A stretch of DNA of 64,000 nt from Octopus vulgaris (taxonomy: Eukaryota). Of this stretch, positions 61,932-64,000 are shown in pieces. The position numbers and the translations under genes were made by a program. The stretch covers positions 64,294,001-64,358,000 of the forward strand of contig OX597833.1 of the NCBI GenBank assembly GCA_951406725.2, written 5' to 3'. Positions within the stretch are counted from its first letter, which is position 1; each line of letters starts with the position of its first letter. A model generated the notes under the pieces. That model made no database searches, was not told where the DNA came from, and saw only the letters and a list, made by a program, of their open reading frames with translations.

Positions 61932-63333
61932 GAGGTGGCGAACTCGTACATCGGGTCCGTCATCTACTACCGCCTGACCGTCGTGCCTTGTCCCGACCCT
62001 ACCATCACCAAACTAGAATGCATTCTCTTTCGCTTCTTGTGGAAAGGATGCGTCCCGATGGTCGGGCGATCCATTTGCTGTCAACACTCGTTAAAAGGAG
62101 GACTGGAAAGTCCGTGGTTGATGATGCGCAGACACGCGCTGAGATTGCAACGTCTCAGGCTCTACTTAGACGACGGTGAACAGGTGTGGTCGCCGTTTGT
62201 GAGGCACGCTTTCCCGCAACTCGTCTCCATGTCTGAACTGCAGTCGTGGATCAAAAAGAGGCCGAGGAAGGGCAAATGGCACCGCGAGTGTCGCGTTGCT
62301 CTCAAGCGACTAAGCCGTCCCGGGTTGACCTTGAGTGACTCCAACACAACCAAAGCATTCTATAGGGGTTTAGTGGAGGGGAGGTACGACGACGAGCTCG
62401 GGGTGAACCTGGATGTCGATGAGGAATACCTGACCCGCCTGTTCAAAGTGACCTTTGGGCCAGGGCCCATGGACAACTTCCAAAGATCCCTGAACTGGCA
62501 GTGCTATCGAGAAGCGCTACCCGTTCGGGATAAGCTCTACAGACACGGCTCGAGAAACACGAGGCCGACTTGCCCGAGATGCGGGCAGAGCGACGAAACC
62601 GTTCTGCACGCACTCGTGCCGTGTCCAACAATTTCCGACCTGTGGGCTTATGTCGAACGACTGCTGTCACGTGTGGGATGAGTCGGTTTATCAGCCGAGT
62701 CTATTGTTAATATTGTCACGCCTCCTTCCTTCAAACGGGAAGGAAGCGCTATTTTCATCATCCTTGTGGCTATGGCGAAAGAATGTATCTGGTGGACGCG
62801 TCTGAAAGGATTGGGGACAAACACTTTCCTCTGTGGTCAATCTCTCATCAACTTCTTCAAGTATCACTTGAAAAGGAAAGTGAGAATAGAGATGCAAGTT
62901 TTGTCTAGCGAATGTTTCAAAAAACATGGATGAATGTAGCAAGGATGGCACGTATGAATGACGAAGCCACCTTGAGCATAATCCTATGAACCCGGAAAAT
63001 TTAAAACAGAGGGTTACCTACTTGCAAATGTGGTAACATGTAACATTATTGAACGAGATTACCGTGGTCTTTTCCGTAGGCATTTCTTTCCACGGATAAA
63101 CCTTATCTGCTTCCCCCTTTACATTTTATATCATGACACTGTGATACACGATCCCTATTGATCGTTTTTTTATCTTTTTTTTTCTTTTCCTTTTTTTCTT
63201 TCTTTCTTCATTCCCTTTTACGATCCCTTTTGATCGAAAACCTACCCCACTTTTTTTTCTCTCCCCCAAAAAGAAAAGCTCTACTTTGTAATCTGTCCCG
63301 TCTGTGTGCAGCCCTGTGTGGCCAATAAAGAAA
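61932..63333 (+). pseudogene. 5'-truncated Tx1/L1-clade LINE (ORF2 C-terminus with zf-RVT CCHC, 3' UTR)
   Basis: EVANSYIGSVIYYRLTV..LFRFLWKG..KGGL..ALPVRDKL..CPRCGQSDETVLHALVPC..W. The frame continues past the stop at 62679 (AKECIWWTR). A T-rich 3' UTR ends at AATAAAGAAA before (ATCT)n. Confidence 0.88.
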
Positions 63334-63335
63334 CA

Positions 63336-63390
<55 letters not shown>

Positions 63391-63714
63391 ACACGCAACT
63401 CGATGACATTCTACGCAGTCAACTCAATCTTGAAGTTTGACTGTTATCGAATACAAACGATGCGGCGCACTCCCAGCAGCAAGCCACGCCGTAGCAGGAG
63501 AGAACAATATTTGTTTGCTATTAAGCCATTGATTGGCCACAGGGCGAAAGTCTTTGATTTAAGAATTGGTTGCTGTGAGCAGTGAAAAATTCATTAAACC
63601 TATCACGCTTCACAGATTGCTGGATGTGAATAACCTAATCGATTTAATGAATAGATGATTATCGATAAACGGCTAGAGTCCTCTATTGATTGGCCTAGTC
63701 TCGTCCTAAGTGTA

Positions 63715-64000
63715 TGCAGCAGCAGTAGCAATAGGGACAGCAGCAGCAGTAGTAGCAGCAGCAACAGCAGGATTGCTGCTAGTAATAATAGTAGTAGTAG
63801 TAGTAGTAGTAGCTGTAACAGTAGTTGTAGTAGTATTTGCATCAGCAGCACTACTAGTATTAGTATTAGTAGTAGTAGCTGTAGAATTGGTAGTAGTAAT
63901 AGTTGTTGTAGTGGTGGCGGTGGTTGCGGTAGTAGTAGTAATATTAGTAGTAGTGATGGTGATAGTGGCGTTAGTAGTAGTAGTTGTAGTTGTGGTAGTG
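63715..64000. repeat. (AGT)n/(AGC)n degenerate microsatellite
   Basis: Directly visible. Confidence 0.9.

Overview
This is AT-rich, microsatellite-dense eukaryotic non-coding DNA. The repeat repertoire (tRNA-derived SINEs, (TA)n/(TAA)n/(ATCT)n/(TATG)n tracts) suggests an Octopus-type cephalopod genome, though that is an inference. No intact host gene, rRNA, tRNA or CRISPR array is supported, and nearly all listed ORFs are microsatellite artefacts. Recognisable coding remnants are all transposon-derived: a Tx1/L1-clade LINE 3' end (61.9-63.3 kb), two R4/Dong-type RLE LINE fragments in (TAA)n (50.9-53.0 kb), an RTE-type LINE 3' end with three C2H2 fingers (44.1-44.7 kb), a Penelope-like GIY-YIG fragment (56.3-57.5 kb) and a decayed mariner (10.8-12.3 kb). 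There are also a hAT MITE and many copies of at least three SINE families. Four observations stand out. (1) The dominant SINE shares its 3' tail with the Tx1-like LINE, tends to start its TSDs with GGTAT, and forms self-dimers at an internal GGTAT. (2) Several short, microsatellite-embedded elements carry minimal type I hammerhead-ribozyme motifs and 5' fold-backs, resembling Penelope pseudo-LTRs or retrozymes. (3) Different retroelement clades appear to occupy different microsatellite types. (4) A templated insertion and a palindromic SINE record unusual repair or recombination events.
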